Below, piece by piece: positions 1-11,870 of a stretch of 64,000 nucleotides of DNA; within the stretch, counting starts at the first letter, position 1; every line of letters starts with the position of its first letter. This DNA is from Ginglymostoma cirratum (lineage: Eukaryota), in NCBI GenBank assembly GCA_024137785.1, contig JAHRHZ010000016.1, positions 38,811,305-38,875,304 on the forward strand. Direction: 5' to 3'. The translations under genes and the position numbers were made by a program. The notes below the pieces were generated by a model. That model searched no databases, had not been told where the DNA came from, and saw nothing but the letters and a program-made list of their open reading frames with translations.

Positions 1-329
1 TCTGCTGCAAAAGCAAAATGGGTAAGAGGGTCAATCCATGGCTTACAAAGGAAATGAGAGATAGTGTCCGATCCAAGGAAGAAACACACAGATTGGCTAA
101 GAAAAATAATAAATCTGAGGATTGGGAGCAGTTTAGAATTCAACAAATAAGGACCAAGAAATTGATTTAAGAGGGGGACAATAGAATACGAAAGTAAGCA
201 TGCAGGGAACATAAAGACTGATGCTAAGAGTTTCTATAGGTATGTGAAGAGAAAGAGATTGGTAAAGACAAATGTAGGTCTGCTGCAGACAGAAAGGTGA
301 CAAAGAAATGGTGAGCAACTGAATACATA

Positions 330-601
330 GATAACAAGGTGTAGAGCTGGATGAACACAGCAGGCCAAACAGCACCAGAGGAGCAAGAAGGCTGACGTTT
401 CGGGCCTAGACCCTTCTTCAGAAAAAAGAAAGCACGTGGGATACAGGACTATTTATCTGATTGGAATTTTTTTTTTTCTGAAGAAGGGTCGAGGCCCAAA
501 ACGTCAGCCTTCCTGCTCCTCTGATGCTGCTTGGCCTGCTGTGTTCATCCAGCTCTACACTTTGTTATCTCAGATTCTCCAGCATCTGCAATTCCTGCTA
601 T
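330..601. mobile_element. Fold-back non-autonomous PLE derivative (family A): two inverted terminal-repeat fragments around a ~39-bp spacer
   Basis: 330-427 is the near reverse complement of 467-570. Both arms match the 3' end of the PLE at 3440-3534. TSD caactgaata(c/g)ata at 316-329 and 602-615. Confidence 0.88.
394..421 (-). ncRNA. Minimal hammerhead ribozyme motif of PLE type, intact core
   Basis: Minus strand reads CTGAAGA-A-GGG-TCTAGG-CCC-GAAA-CG-TC: CUGANGA and GAAA boxes, 3-bp stem II, palindromic ACGU helix III and a GUC cleavage triplet. Stem I is weak and activity is untested. Confidence 0.65.
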
Positions 602-2216
602 CAACTGAATAGATATTTTGGTTCTGTCTTCACAAAAGAGGACTCCAATCAGATACTAAAGTTGTTGGAGGAGGCAAGATTTAGTGAGAGTGAAGAACTA
701 AGGGAGATCGAAATTAGTAGAGTAATGGTGCTGGGAAAATTGTTGGGATTGAAGGCCAATAAATCCCCATGTCATGATTATCTATATCACAGAGTACTTA
801 AGGAAGTGGCTATAGAAATAGTGGATGCGTTGGTGGTCATCTTCCAGGATTCTATAGACTCTGGAACAGTCCCTGCAGTTTGGACGATGGCTAATGTCAC
901 TCCAATATTCAAAAAGGGAGATAGAGAGAAATTATAGACTGGTGAGCCTAACATCGGTACTGGGAAATTTTCTCAAATCCATTGTCAAGGATATTATAGC
1001 AGAGCATTCAGAAAGCATTGGCAGGATCAGACAGAGTCAGCATGGATTTATGAAGAGGAAATCATGCTTGACAAGACTGTTGGAATTCTATGAAGATGTA
1101 ATTAGTAGAGTTGACAAAGGGGAGCCAGTTGATGTAGTATATTTGGACTTTCAGAAAGCGTTTGACAACGTCCTGTATAAGAGATTAATGTGCAAGTTGA
1201 AAGCAAATGGAATAAGGGAAAGTGTATTGATGATTTGGATGAGGGAACAAAATGTAACATCTCAACAAGTTTGCAGATGATACCAAATTGGGTGGGAGGG
1301 TGAACTGTGTCAACGATGCAGAGACCCTTCATCATGATCTCGACAGGTTGGGTGAGTGGGCAAAACAATGGCAGATGCAGTATAATTTGGATAAATGTGA
1401 GGTTATTCACTTTGGAAGACAGAAAAAGAAAGCAGATTACTACCTGAATGGCTATTAATTGGGAGAAGGGAGTGGGCAGTAGGACCGGAGTGTCCTTGTT
1501 CGCCAGCCGCTGAAGGCAAGCATGCAGATGCAGTAAGCAATAAAGAAGGCAAATAGTATGTTGGCCTTCATTGTGAGAAGTACAGGAGCAAGCGTTTGTT
1601 GTTGCAGTTATACAGGGCCTTGGTGAGACCACACCTAGAATATTGTGTGCAGTTTTGGTCTCCTTTTCTGAAGAAGGATGCTCTTGGTCTCAAGGGAGTG
1701 CAGCGAAGGTTTACCAGGCTGATTCCCGGGATGGCAGGTCTGAAATATCAGGAGAGATTGACTAGATTGGGTTGGTTTCACTGGAATTCAGATGAATGAG
1801 GGGGGATCTCACAGAGACTTATAAAATTCTAACTGGACTGGACAGGGTAGATGCAGGAAGGATGTTCCCAATGGTGGATGTGTCCAGAACCAGGGGTCAC
1901 AGTATGAGGACTCAGGGTAGACGATTTAGGACGGAGATGAGGAGACATTTCTTCACCCAAAGAGTGGTGAGCTTGTGGAATTCATTACTACAGGAAGTAG
2001 TTGGTGCCAAAACATTGGATGAATTCAAGAGGCGCCTAGATATAGCACTTGGAGCGAATGGGATCACAGGTTATGGGAAGAAAGCAGGATTAGGCTATTG
2101 AATTGGACAATCAGCCATGATCGGGGCGGCACAGTGGCTCAGTGGTTAGCACTGCATCCACACAGCAGCAGGGACCCAGGTTCGATTCCATCCTCGGGCA
2201 ACTGTATGTGTGGAGT

Positions 2217-3534
2217 GAGAGACAATAGGTACTGCAGATGCTGGAGAATCCGAGATAACAAGGTGAGGAGCTGGATGAACACAGCAAGCCAAGCAGCATT
2301 ATAGGAGCAGGACCCAGTGTAGGGCCCTAAACCCCACCTCTTCCTCCGTACATTGATGACTGTATCGGCGCCGCCCCGTGCTCCCACATGGAGCTCGAAC
2401 AGTTCATCCACTTCACCAACACCTTCCACCCCAACCTGAAGCTCACCTGGACCATCTCTAACACCTCTCTCTCCTTCCTGGACCTCTCTGTCTCCATCTC
2501 AGGTAACCACCTAGAAATTGATATCCATTTCAAGCCCACCGACTCCCACAGCTACCTAGAATACACCTCCTCCCACCCAGCTGCCTGCAAAAATGCCATT
2601 CCCTATTCCCAATTCCTTCGCCTCCGCCGCATCTGCTCCCAGGATGAAGCATTCCACTCCCGTACATCTGAGAGTCCTCATTCTTCAAGGACCGCAACTG
2701 CCCCCCCNNNNNNNNNNNNNNNNNNNNNNNNNNNNNNNNNNNNNNNNNNNNNNNNNNNNNNNNNNNNNNNNNNNNNNNNNNNNNNNNNNNNNNNNNNNNN
2801 NNNNNNNACCTGCACATCTGCCAATGTGGTATACTGCATTCGCTGTACCCGTTGTGGCCTCCTCTACATTGGGGAAACCAAGCGTAGACTTGGGGACCGC
2901 TTTGCAGAACACCTGCACTCAGTTCACAACAAACAACTGCACCTCCCAGTCGCGAACCATTTCAACTCCCCCTCCCATTCCTCAGACGACATGTCCATCC
3001 TGGGCCTCCTGCAATGCCACAATGGTGCCACCCGAAGGCTGCAGGGACAGCAAATTATATTCAGCCTGGGAACCCTGCAGCCCAATGGTATCAATGTGGA
3101 TTTCACAAGCTTCAAAATCTCCCCTCCCCCAATCGCATCCCAAAACCAGCCCAGCTCGTCCCCGCCTCCCTAACCTGTTCTTACTCTCACCTATCCCCTC
3201 CTCCCACCTCAAGCCGCACCCCCATCTCCTATCTACTAACCTTATCCCGCCCCCTTGACCTGTCCATCCTCCCTGGACTGACCTATCTCCTCCCTACCTC
3301 CCCACCTACACTCACCTTTACTGGCTCCATCCCTGCCTCCTCGACTTGTCTGCCTCCTCTCCACCTATCCTCTCCTCTATCCATCTTCTATCCACCTCCT
3401 CCTCTCTCTCTATTTATTTCAGAACCCTCTTCCCCTCCCCCATTTCTGGTGAAGGGTCTAGGCCCAAAACATCAAGCTTTCCTGCTCCTATGATTCTGCT
3501 TGGCCTGCTGTGTTCATCCAGCTCCACACCTTGT
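2217..3534 (+). mobile_element. 5'-truncated Penelope-like retroelement (family A, probably Neptune-type) with an inverted 5' terminal-repeat piece
   Basis: RT motif YIDD at 2349-2360, then SFLDLSVSI...HFKPTDSHSYL...SSHP..CKNAIPYSQFLRLRRICS. The C-terminal GIY-YIG reads TCTSANVVYCIRCTRCGLLYIGETKRRLGDRFAEH...LGTLQPNGIN, with a stop at 3173. 2217-2312 is an inverted copy of the 3' end. TSD tgt(a/c)tgtgtggagt at 2203-2216 and 3535-3548. Degenerate hammerhead at 3446-3473. Confidence 0.92.
2708..2807. other. Assembly gap (100 N) inside the PLE ORF
   Basis: Run of N between the RT thumb and the GIY-YIG region. Confidence 0.99.
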
Positions 3535-3854
3535 TGTCTGTGTGGAGTTTTCACATTCTCCCCATGTCTGTGTGGGTTTCCTCCAAGTGCTCCGGTCTCT
3601 TCCCACAGTCCAAATATGTGCAGGCTAGGTGGATTGGCCATGCTAAATTGCCTGTAGTGTTCAGGGAGGTGTGGGTTATAGGGGAATGGGTCTGGGTGGG
3701 ATACTCTGAGGTTCGGTGTGGACTTGTTGGCCTGAAAGGCCTGTTTCCACACAGTAGGGATTCTATGATTCTATGATTGTGAAGAATGGCGGAGCAGGCC
3801 CAAAGGGCTGAATGGCCTCCTCCTGCTCCTATCTTCTATGTTTCTATGATTAGA

Positions 3855-4635
3855 TAGTCAGATAGCTGAACAATGGCAAATGGAGTTTAATCCTAAAAAG
3901 TGTGAAGTGATGTTTTTTGAGAATTCGAACAAGGTAAAGGAATACATATTGAATGGTAAAACCTTAGGAAGTGCAAAGGATCAGAGGAACTTTGGTGTGT
4001 ATGTCCAAAGATCCTTGAAGGCAGCAGGACAAGTTAAATAAGGTGGTTAGAACGTCATATGGGATACTTGCCTTTATTAGTCAAGGCATTGAAAATAAAA
4101 GCAAAGAGTTTATCATGGAGCTGTGTATGTTATCTAGGTCATACCTCTGGGAAAGATTTAATTGCACCAGAGAGGTTTCTGAAGAGATTCATCAGGATGT
4201 TGCTTCAGCTAGACTGATTCAGATATGAAAAAAAGACGAGATAGGCTGGTGGTGTTTTCCTTAGAGCAGAAAAGGATGAAGGGGATCTGAAACATACACA
4301 ATGTTTTCCATTGCATAGACAGGGTAAATAGGGTGAAATGTTTCCCTACTGGAAGTGTCAACCACCAGGGAGCACATGTTTAAGGTTAGGTGCAGGAGGT
4401 AAAGGGGGAATTTAAGGAAGCATTTTCTCACCCACAGGGTTATATGTTTCTGGAACTCTACTGAAAATAGTGGTGGAGGGATGTACCCTAAAGCCATTCA
4501 AGAACTGTTTCGATGTTTTTTGAAATGCCATAGTTTACAAGGCTGCGGGCCAAGTACTAGAACATGAGATTAGAAAAGGTGGATGTTTGATGATTGGTGT
4601 GGATATGATGGGCTGTAAAAATTCAATACTCTACG
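3855..4635 (+). mobile_element. CR1 LINE 3' fragment (decayed)
   Basis: Begins WQMEFNP.KCEVM.F, includes YGILAFISQGIE and the FLTHRV..FWNS region, and ends in a CR1-type 3' UTR. Confidence 0.85.
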
Positions 4636-4689
4636 ATTTAAAAAATATAAGAAAGCCATACCATCCTTGAGGATATTTCTCCAATATTG

Positions 4690-4970
4690 TACTCTGGCAA
4701 AGGATGAGCATCCAAAATGATAATCTGTCTCCTGTTGTCTTACCGAGTAGGAGTGCAGTGGCGAAGAGGTGAGAGTAGGAATGGCAGATTAAGTTGATTT
4801 CATGAACTGGTTGGAAACTAAAGTCACTTTTATGGGTAACTGAGGAGCTTTATGTTTGGACTGACCAGGGTGAAGAAAGCCTTGTTCCATAATGAATGCA
4901 GTACACGAGATTTGTGGAAGTACAAATACCTTGTGTTAGGAAGGAGCATTTGAGTCTCTAGACAATTTTG
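4690..4970 (-). mobile_element. Old PLE GIY-YIG relic
   Basis: tgaatgcagtacacgagatttgtggaagtacaaata...ggaaggagcatttgagtctct resembles the PLE endonuclease segment at 28939-29015. Confidence 0.5.
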
Positions 4971-7900
4971 TAAGAAGTGCATCATTGTCTTTAGTTCTGT
5001 CAGTTTGTCAATATCTCTATGCTTCTTTTCTTCGATAGATTGAACCTGGCTTCATGGTGTTCATCAATCTTCTTCAGCCTAGAATAATATCAATGTAGTG
5101 AAAGAATTCACAGGCTACGTAACAGTCTGACAGACCAGGATTTAAATTAACCTGTTCATATCTGTGATCATCCTTCTACCAGCTGAATAGGGTGATTACT
5201 TCATGAGAGTACAAGTTTATAATCTTGAACAATGCATATATGGTGGGGGACCACATTCTCATTCTAACTCCCGCTATGGCAACCCTACACATTCAAAACA
5301 CCAGAATTCAGAGCTAGTGATTTCCATGGAGCCATGCAGAGTATAATTCAAATGTTTACTTTCTGATCCAACATGAGGATCGTACTACCATACAATGTTT
5401 GCTGCATTTACATGATGAATAGGTTTCATTTTCTTGGTATATGTTTGGTCCAGAGGCATGTGCATTTTAACTGCATTTTTCATGTGTTTGCACTTTTCTG
5501 AATTTTGATTAGCTTACTGAGATCAGTTCTTATATAATCTAGTAATATTCTGTCTGCACTATTTTCAAGTAGTCATTCATGAGTTATTTTAAAAAAGACA
5601 TCAACTGGATTAATATAGACCAGAAAGTGATTTATCCAAATGTGCTAATTACTGTGTATTTACAGGGGAAAATAAAAACCATTATTAATTGTGGTAAGCC
5701 AGAATGTGTTCCCTTAAGCTGAAATTTTGCATTGATAGATCAGATTTTAAACACCTTACAGATTATTACATATTTTATCTTATTTTTAAAGATGTGATCA
5801 TTTTTTACATAAGCCAGGAGTTTCACTTGGGTCTTATTATAATCCATTTGACTGAGACTTATGAGAAAATAGAAAACTTAAGAGGTCCAGAGCAGCAGCC
5901 ACCTTCACAGCCACCAAGAGAGGATGTCCACCCATTTCTGAAGTCTTTGGTCCCATCCAGCATCCAGCATTGTTCTGTCGCACTGTCCCAGCACACACGC
6001 AGCTTTCAGTAACGCTGCATCTCACTTATCCCCAGGAAATGGAATTGGAGCAAAAACGTCTGGTCCTCCTGGAAACATCACACACTCTTTCTCTAACAGC
6101 TATTCATTTAGTATTCTGCTACCCTGCATTCTCACCGTAGACCCGCAAAAGTAAATCCCTTACGTTAAATATTTTGAGGGACAGCGCTAATGGACGTCAG
6201 CAAGACTGGAGATGATATCTTAATGTGGAACAGAATCCAAGGAATCATGGGACTTTTATGATGTGTCAAGGGCCAGCGAAAAGGAAACTGAATAGCAGGG
6301 GAGCTGCGATGAACTATAGTCCATAGACTGTGGACAGTAGTAGAAGAGTTGGAAGTCAAAGGAGCTTTGGATTGAGAGGCAGATGTGGGATTGAACAGAG
6401 ATGGTTTTGTCGGTGATTGTAGCCTCACAGAGGATTTTTCTTTGATCGAGGAATTAGTGATGATGCTAGCTGAAGCAGGTTGGCATCTTCTAAGTGACTT
6501 TATAATATAGAGAAGTATCAGCAACCTGTGAAGTGCAGCTAATGAGATTTTTTTCAGAACGTCTAAAAAGTCAATAAGGTTAAACTTCAGTTCATCAGCC
6601 TCACTGAGCTTTGTGCATAAAAATAGAAAGCGAAGCTGTCACTGTTATAAAGTGCAATCGTTCTGACTAACTACGACACCATCTGGTGTGGCACCACATA
6701 TTGGAAATTAAAGAATTTTGTTAACGTCCTTTTTTGCATTTGTCTGCCAATCCACAATCCTCTTGAGTCTGTCAAGGCTCATCAGTTGTGGTCAGGAGAA
6801 AACAAATATTGGCAATTATGAAATTCAGTTTGCTGACTTTGCCGTTTTATTGGATGATAGCAGAAATACATGATCCATTAATATTATACTTTTGTTTCAT
6901 ATTCTAACATTTCTGAAAAAAGGGACTTGGATACCATTGCACCGTGTATCAAAGTTATGGTTTCTGTTCAGGGTTAAGCTCCTTCAAGTGTGTCTAGGCA
7001 TTCTGACTCAACCTGTCTCCCCTTTTGTTGCAACTGTGCTCACTCGCTCAGCGGCTCACTCCTGCTGAGAATTACAACTGCACTACAGATAAGACCAGCT
7101 AACTTGAAAATGCAATCAGATTAGTAACTTTTGATTTCCCTGATTAAGTTGCATAACTGTTGGCCCGGATATTCCGATGACAAGCTAGTTATTGTAGCAG
7201 CACAGAATAGAGTTGTATATTGAGACAATGTGGAAATCTCGACATAGCTGACTCTGATGGAATTGCCCAGAAAACTGCAAATTCTGACAGGTGATTTCTC
7301 TTTGTCTGGGCCCCTCCCAAAAATTCCCTTAAATTTGAAACATTTAGAAGTTTCTGATTCACTTAAGGCTAATACTTACCCATGGAAAGATTATAAGTTT
7401 AAAATCCTACTCTAACGTCTGGTTAACTATGAAAGACACCTCCCAATTTGTCACTGATCCTTTGCCCCAACTACACCCGTAGCCCTTCGCCTCCCATCCT
7501 GAACCCAAGGTCCCAGCCCCCAACAGTCACCTGCCATTCCTAATCGCTTCATCCTGTCCCATCCTGATAATGTCCCTCCCCACCAGACCCAACACTGTCA
7601 CCGCCACATTACCTGATCCCATCACATCTAACCAGACTACACCACACCACCCCCACCCCTCAGCAGAAGACCCAAACTAATCCCCCTGGACCTGAACACT
7701 ATCCTGCTCCATACTCCCAAACATCTTTAAGCACTCCTATACTTAATCTGGCACCGTATCCCCTCACCCACCTCCAGCCCACTCATTTACCTCCTGTGCA
7801 AGAGTAAAATACGGGAGGTGTCAATGCGTCTGCTGAATATTTAACTTAAAAATATCTCACTCTGATATAAAAAGCAGTATGGTTTCAGCTGCCAACAAAT

Positions 7901-8049
7901 TTATTATTTTTGGGCAGGTATCTTTATCATTGATATACTGGATGAATCCACTTCAAGCTTTTAACTGCTTTGGTTGAATCTATAGTTTGAGACTATCAGC
8001 TCAGTTCTTCACTTTTTTCTCTTCATAGTCATTAGTAATTCAGCTTTCA

Positions 8050-9230
8050 GACTCTTTGGTTTAAGTTTCATAAAAACTAATTTAGCAGATATCGACTGAG
8101 ACAATAATGTCTCCAGCAACAAGACAGGGAAGGGATTTTGAGATTCTATCAGAAACTGTTTGTGATTTAATGCTTGCAGTAGGCCAATTAAAGGAAAATG
8201 CATTTGGATTTCAGTATGAGTAAAGAAATTATAAACTCCAACTGAAAGCATAGTTTGGATCTGTTGTGTCAGTGCAAATGGAAATTTGGAAACAGATTGC
8301 CCTCAATGGATCCTCTGGCGTGGCCTGCTCGTTGGACCAGCTTGAGACGGTCACACATACAGGCATATTCAGTCTGTGTTAGATGCAGTTCAACTTGTCC
8401 TACACTAATTTTACATGTCCCGATGTGACGTAATGCCCATTTTCAAAATGTAAACTTTGTGGGTCCATTGGATGAATTCAGTTGACATCTACGCACAAGC
8501 GGTTGAATCCCAATGCTAGATTTAGTTCTGAACAGCCAAGTTGAAGATAGAGCAATTTTGAATAAAATCTTCTTTGAAAAATTTTTGGAATTACTCTGGA
8601 GTGCATGATGAGTTTCTGGATTCAACAGAGAATATTGCTGCACCATCACAGGTAGGGAAGAAGCTTTGGTGCAATATACAATCAAGTATCGGGTCAGCAG
8701 TAGCAGTGCTTTTGGATCTGCAGCACAGCGGGAGATGGAACAGAAATGCTAGAAGGGGCATGTTCTGAATGATGACCTCTGCCAACTTAGTATTCTCCAC
8801 AGTCCTTGCGACAGGCAGCTGTGTGGCAGGTCAGTCAATGTACCCAATAATCTTGGTATTCCCGTCTGTCAGGGTTCTCCAAAATACACCCCATTCTCCT
8901 GAGTTCCGTATCTGAGTTGCCAATAGTAGAAATCAGATGTAATCTTAGTTGGCACTTGAACCATATTTTACCTCTCACCTGGCTGCAATCCACTCATTCT
9001 CTGTGACTCATCACATGTTGATCCTCTTTTGTATGGTTATAACAATGAAAGAATTAATGTTAGATGACTACATTAAACTACACCCAAGGTGCTAATGTCA
9101 GACAGCCTTAGATGAAGAATCAGGAGCCTACCTCAAGACCCTAATGAAGCAGACATGGCATCATTGGCTCTTGATAGTCATAGTAACTATGTCTAATGAG
9201 CCAGGATGAATTATTGCTTTTGTATAGTAA
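8050..9230 (+). mobile_element. Highly decayed Ty3/Gypsy internal region (gag to RT relics)
   Basis: RYRLRQ*CLQQQDREGILRFYQKL (~8087-8160) resembles gag ERYRF..R.Q..GESI..F...L. TMKELM...IKLHPRC*CQTALDEESGAYL (~9042-9135) resembles RT PTIEEL...SKLDL..Y.Q..LDEES. Confidence 0.42.
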
Positions 9231-9269
9231 ATGACAGCTGTTGTAAAAACAGACACATAATTTAAACAA

Positions 9270-10995
9270 ACAGGAGACTCAACAGTTATGTTATCTTCTT
9301 CTATGGAGAGAAATGTATAGAAAATTTCCTAGAAATACAAGACAGCCAAGGGACTTGTGAAACTAAAGACATGAAAGAAATTAGTATTAGGAAAGAGGTA
9401 ATCCTTGAAGAATTGTTGTATTAAGTGCTAAAAAATCTTCTCAACCAGATGATCTTAATCCTAGAGTGTTGATGGAACTAGAAATGGATATAATGAATGC
9501 AGTGCTGGTTATCTTTTGTAATTCTGTAGATGCCGGAAAGGGTCCTGCTGATTTGAAGGAGCAAATACAACTCCACTGTTTAAAAGGGAGGGAGAGTGGA
9601 GGAATACAGAACTGTTAGCTTCATACCCGTAGTAGGGAAAATGTTCCAAAATATTTTCAAGGATGCAGTCACTATTCACTGAATATTTAGAATAAAGTGG
9701 CAAGATTGGACAGAGCTAACATGGGTTTTTGAAAAGTAAATCATGTTTGGCAAACTTGAAGTTTTTAAGAGGAATCTTACTTGTACTATAGAAAAAGGAG
9801 AACTAGAAGATCTGATATATTTGGTTATTCAGAAGGTTATTTGATAAGGTCCCACACAGGAGATCTGTAAGTAAAATTAAAGAGCATTGGTTTTGAAGTG
9901 AGGGCTGTCAACTAGTCTGGATTGAGAATTGGCTAATAAACAGCAAGGGAAGGAATAAATGTGCTAATTCTCAGGAACGTTTGTTGTGACTAGTGGAGTA
10001 CTGCGATGGTTACTGCTAGGTCCACAACTGTGTGTGTCTGTGTAAATGATTTGGATGTGGATCCAATTGCATTATTTCCAATTTTGATTATGACATCAAA
10101 CTGGGAAGCAAAGTGAACTGTAAAGAGGGTATGAGGAGGCTTCAAGGAGACTTGGTCAAGCCATGTGAATGAGATAGAACATGGTAGATGAAATATAATT
10201 GATATGTGTGAAGTTATGGACTTTGGCAGAAACAAAACTGAACACAGAATATTTCTTAAATGCTGAGAGATTGGAAACATAGGTTTCGAAAGGAAGCAAC
10301 ACGTCCTTTACCGTGAGTGACTAAATGTTCAGTGTTCCATGCAGCAAACATTTAGAATGATAAATGATATGCTAGTATTCGTTTCAAGGAGATTTGAATA
10401 CAGAAGTAAAAACAACTTGCTGCAGTTGCACAGAGCATTGATGAGACTTTATCTGGAGTATTGTGAAAATGTTAATCTCTTTATCTAAGGAATAATATAC
10501 TTAACATAGAGGGAGATCAACAGATAGTCACCAGGTTAATCCTTGAGATAACAGGGTTGTTTTATGAGGAGCGATTGAGGAAACTGGGTCTGTCTTCCCT
10601 AAAGTTTTGAAGAATGGGAGGTGATTTCATCAGAACTAGCAAAAATCTTACAGCCCATGATGGGGTGGATATGTATAGGCTATTTCCCCTTTGCCCATGT
10701 CTCTGGAACCCAGGACTACAACCTCAGGATAAAGGACAGGATATTTAAACTTGACACTAGAAGTGATTTTGTTTATTGTTTGGATGGTGAATCTTTGGAT
10801 TTTGTACATCAGAGAGCTGTGGATGCTCAATGATTCAATATATTCAACACAGAAATGGATAGGTTTCTGGACACTAAACACATTTAGGGATATGAAAATT
10901 GTAATGGAAAAAGGCATTCGGGAGATGATCAGCAATGACCAAGAATAGTAGGACAATCTCAATGAGCTGAATGGCATGATGCTGTTCTTATGATC
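9270..10995 (+). mobile_element. Old CR1 LINE ORF2 and 3' UTR remnant
   Basis: Colinear with the CR1 at 600-2120 (PDDLNPRVL, ANTTPLFKRE, HGF.K.KSCL.NL, FDKVPH.R) with many stops, and has a CR1 tail near 10925-10995. Confidence 0.85.
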
Positions 10996-11635
10996 TTGTT
11001 GAACTGGGACATTGGCTATTGCAGGAGAAATGGTTCATTTTCATAGAGCGAAAAGTGTTCATTGGAGCTGGAGTCTACGATGCTCCCAGAGTTCACATGA
11101 TCCAGTTTGTGTGTAAAATATATTGGCTTTGAACACTGTCAAAAAGCCAATGGCCTTTGATCTCTTTCTGTGAAACCTCTCATGTCAGAGTTTCTAAGTT
11201 GTAAACCCACTTAAAGACAATTGTCACAAATGGAAGATTCTTCATAGAGAACACTGAATCCCTGCACCATTAACACCAGAAAAAGAGAATTCAGCCAGGC
11301 ATAAGTGATTCAGGAACAAACTGCAAGGCCAGTTGTTTGTGTGAACAGTGATGTGGGCTGTTCACAATCTGTGAATAAATCCCTTTTGTTACTTGTTCGA
11401 AGAACCTTTATGATAACACTCTGAAGAGTTTATTTTTTAGCAGGCTTGGGAGATCTGGGTGTGCTTGTGTCCATTCAAGAAGTGCGGTTTCATATACCTG
11501 CGTATGCATATTTTAAATAGCTTTCTTAATAATTTTTGCTTAAGTCTGTTTGTTGTATGCTAATTCTTTACATTTTTTTAATTAAAGGAACCTAGCTGAT
11601 TTGCTTCAATAATAAGATATATACTGAGTTAAAAA

Positions 11636-11870
11636 AGGTAAAACACTGTGGATACTGGAAATCTAAAACAAACACAGGGAGTGCTGGAGAAACATGGCAG
11701 ATCTGCAGCATCTGTGGAGAGAAAGAAACAGGGTTACGTTAGAACAGATTGTTCGGAAGAGACATACCAAACTCAAAACATCTCTTCTATCTCTCTCTCT
11801 CTCTCCCCCCCCCTCCACCTCAGATGCTACCAGACCTGCCAAGTTTCCCCAGCCTTCTCTGTGTGTGTTG
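11636..11870. mobile_element. Old fold-back PLE terminal-repeat derivative (family B)
   Basis: aacacagggagtgctggagaaacatggcagatctgcagcatctg is inverted relative to cagatgctaccagacctgccaagtttccccagccttctctgtgt. It matches the ends at 28301, 29490 and 38195. Confidence 0.7.

Larger units (their letters stand above)
2123..3777 (+). mobile_element. HE1-type tRNA-derived V-SINE, split by a PLE insertion (SINE parts 2123-2216 and 3535-3777)
   Basis: A-box tggctcagtgg, B-box ggttcgattcc, V-domain text (ctccccatgtctgtgtgggtttcc...ggattggccatgctaaattg) and a HER1/CR1-like tail ending gattctatgattctatga. Confidence 0.9.
1..3848 (+). mobile_element. CR1-clade LINE, decayed ORF2 (RT) plus 3' UTR, interrupted by insertions at 330-601 and 2123-3777
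   Basis: Broken frames read KSFYRYVKRKR, ANVTPIFKKG, YRLVSLTS, SQHGFMK.KSCLT.LLEF, VDVVYLDFQKAFD, KFADDTKLGG (~1268-1297), YRALVRPHLEYCVQFWSP and FFTQRVVSLWNSL. The 3' tail ends in tandem ttctatg. There are stops, frameshifts and an internal deletion near 1230. Confidence 0.93.

Noticed and set aside
524-2101. RT-like ORFs as functional CDS
   Set aside because: They are fragments of one decayed CR1 ORF2 with stops, frameshifts, a deletion and insertions.
2123-2200. tRNA-like sequences here and at 31109, 34037, 37669 and 51060-51126
   Set aside because: They are SINE heads with A/B boxes that continue into SINE bodies and lack a complete cloverleaf.
6165-6524. 119-aa Ser-rich minus ORF behind a cacag acceptor
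   Set aside because: No recognisable domain and a weak polypyrimidine tract. It faintly resembles a decayed L2 segment, so neither call is supportable.
7440-7795. C-rich strand-biased tract
   Set aside because: No regular period or ORF. It is probably low-complexity interior of an unidentified old repeat.
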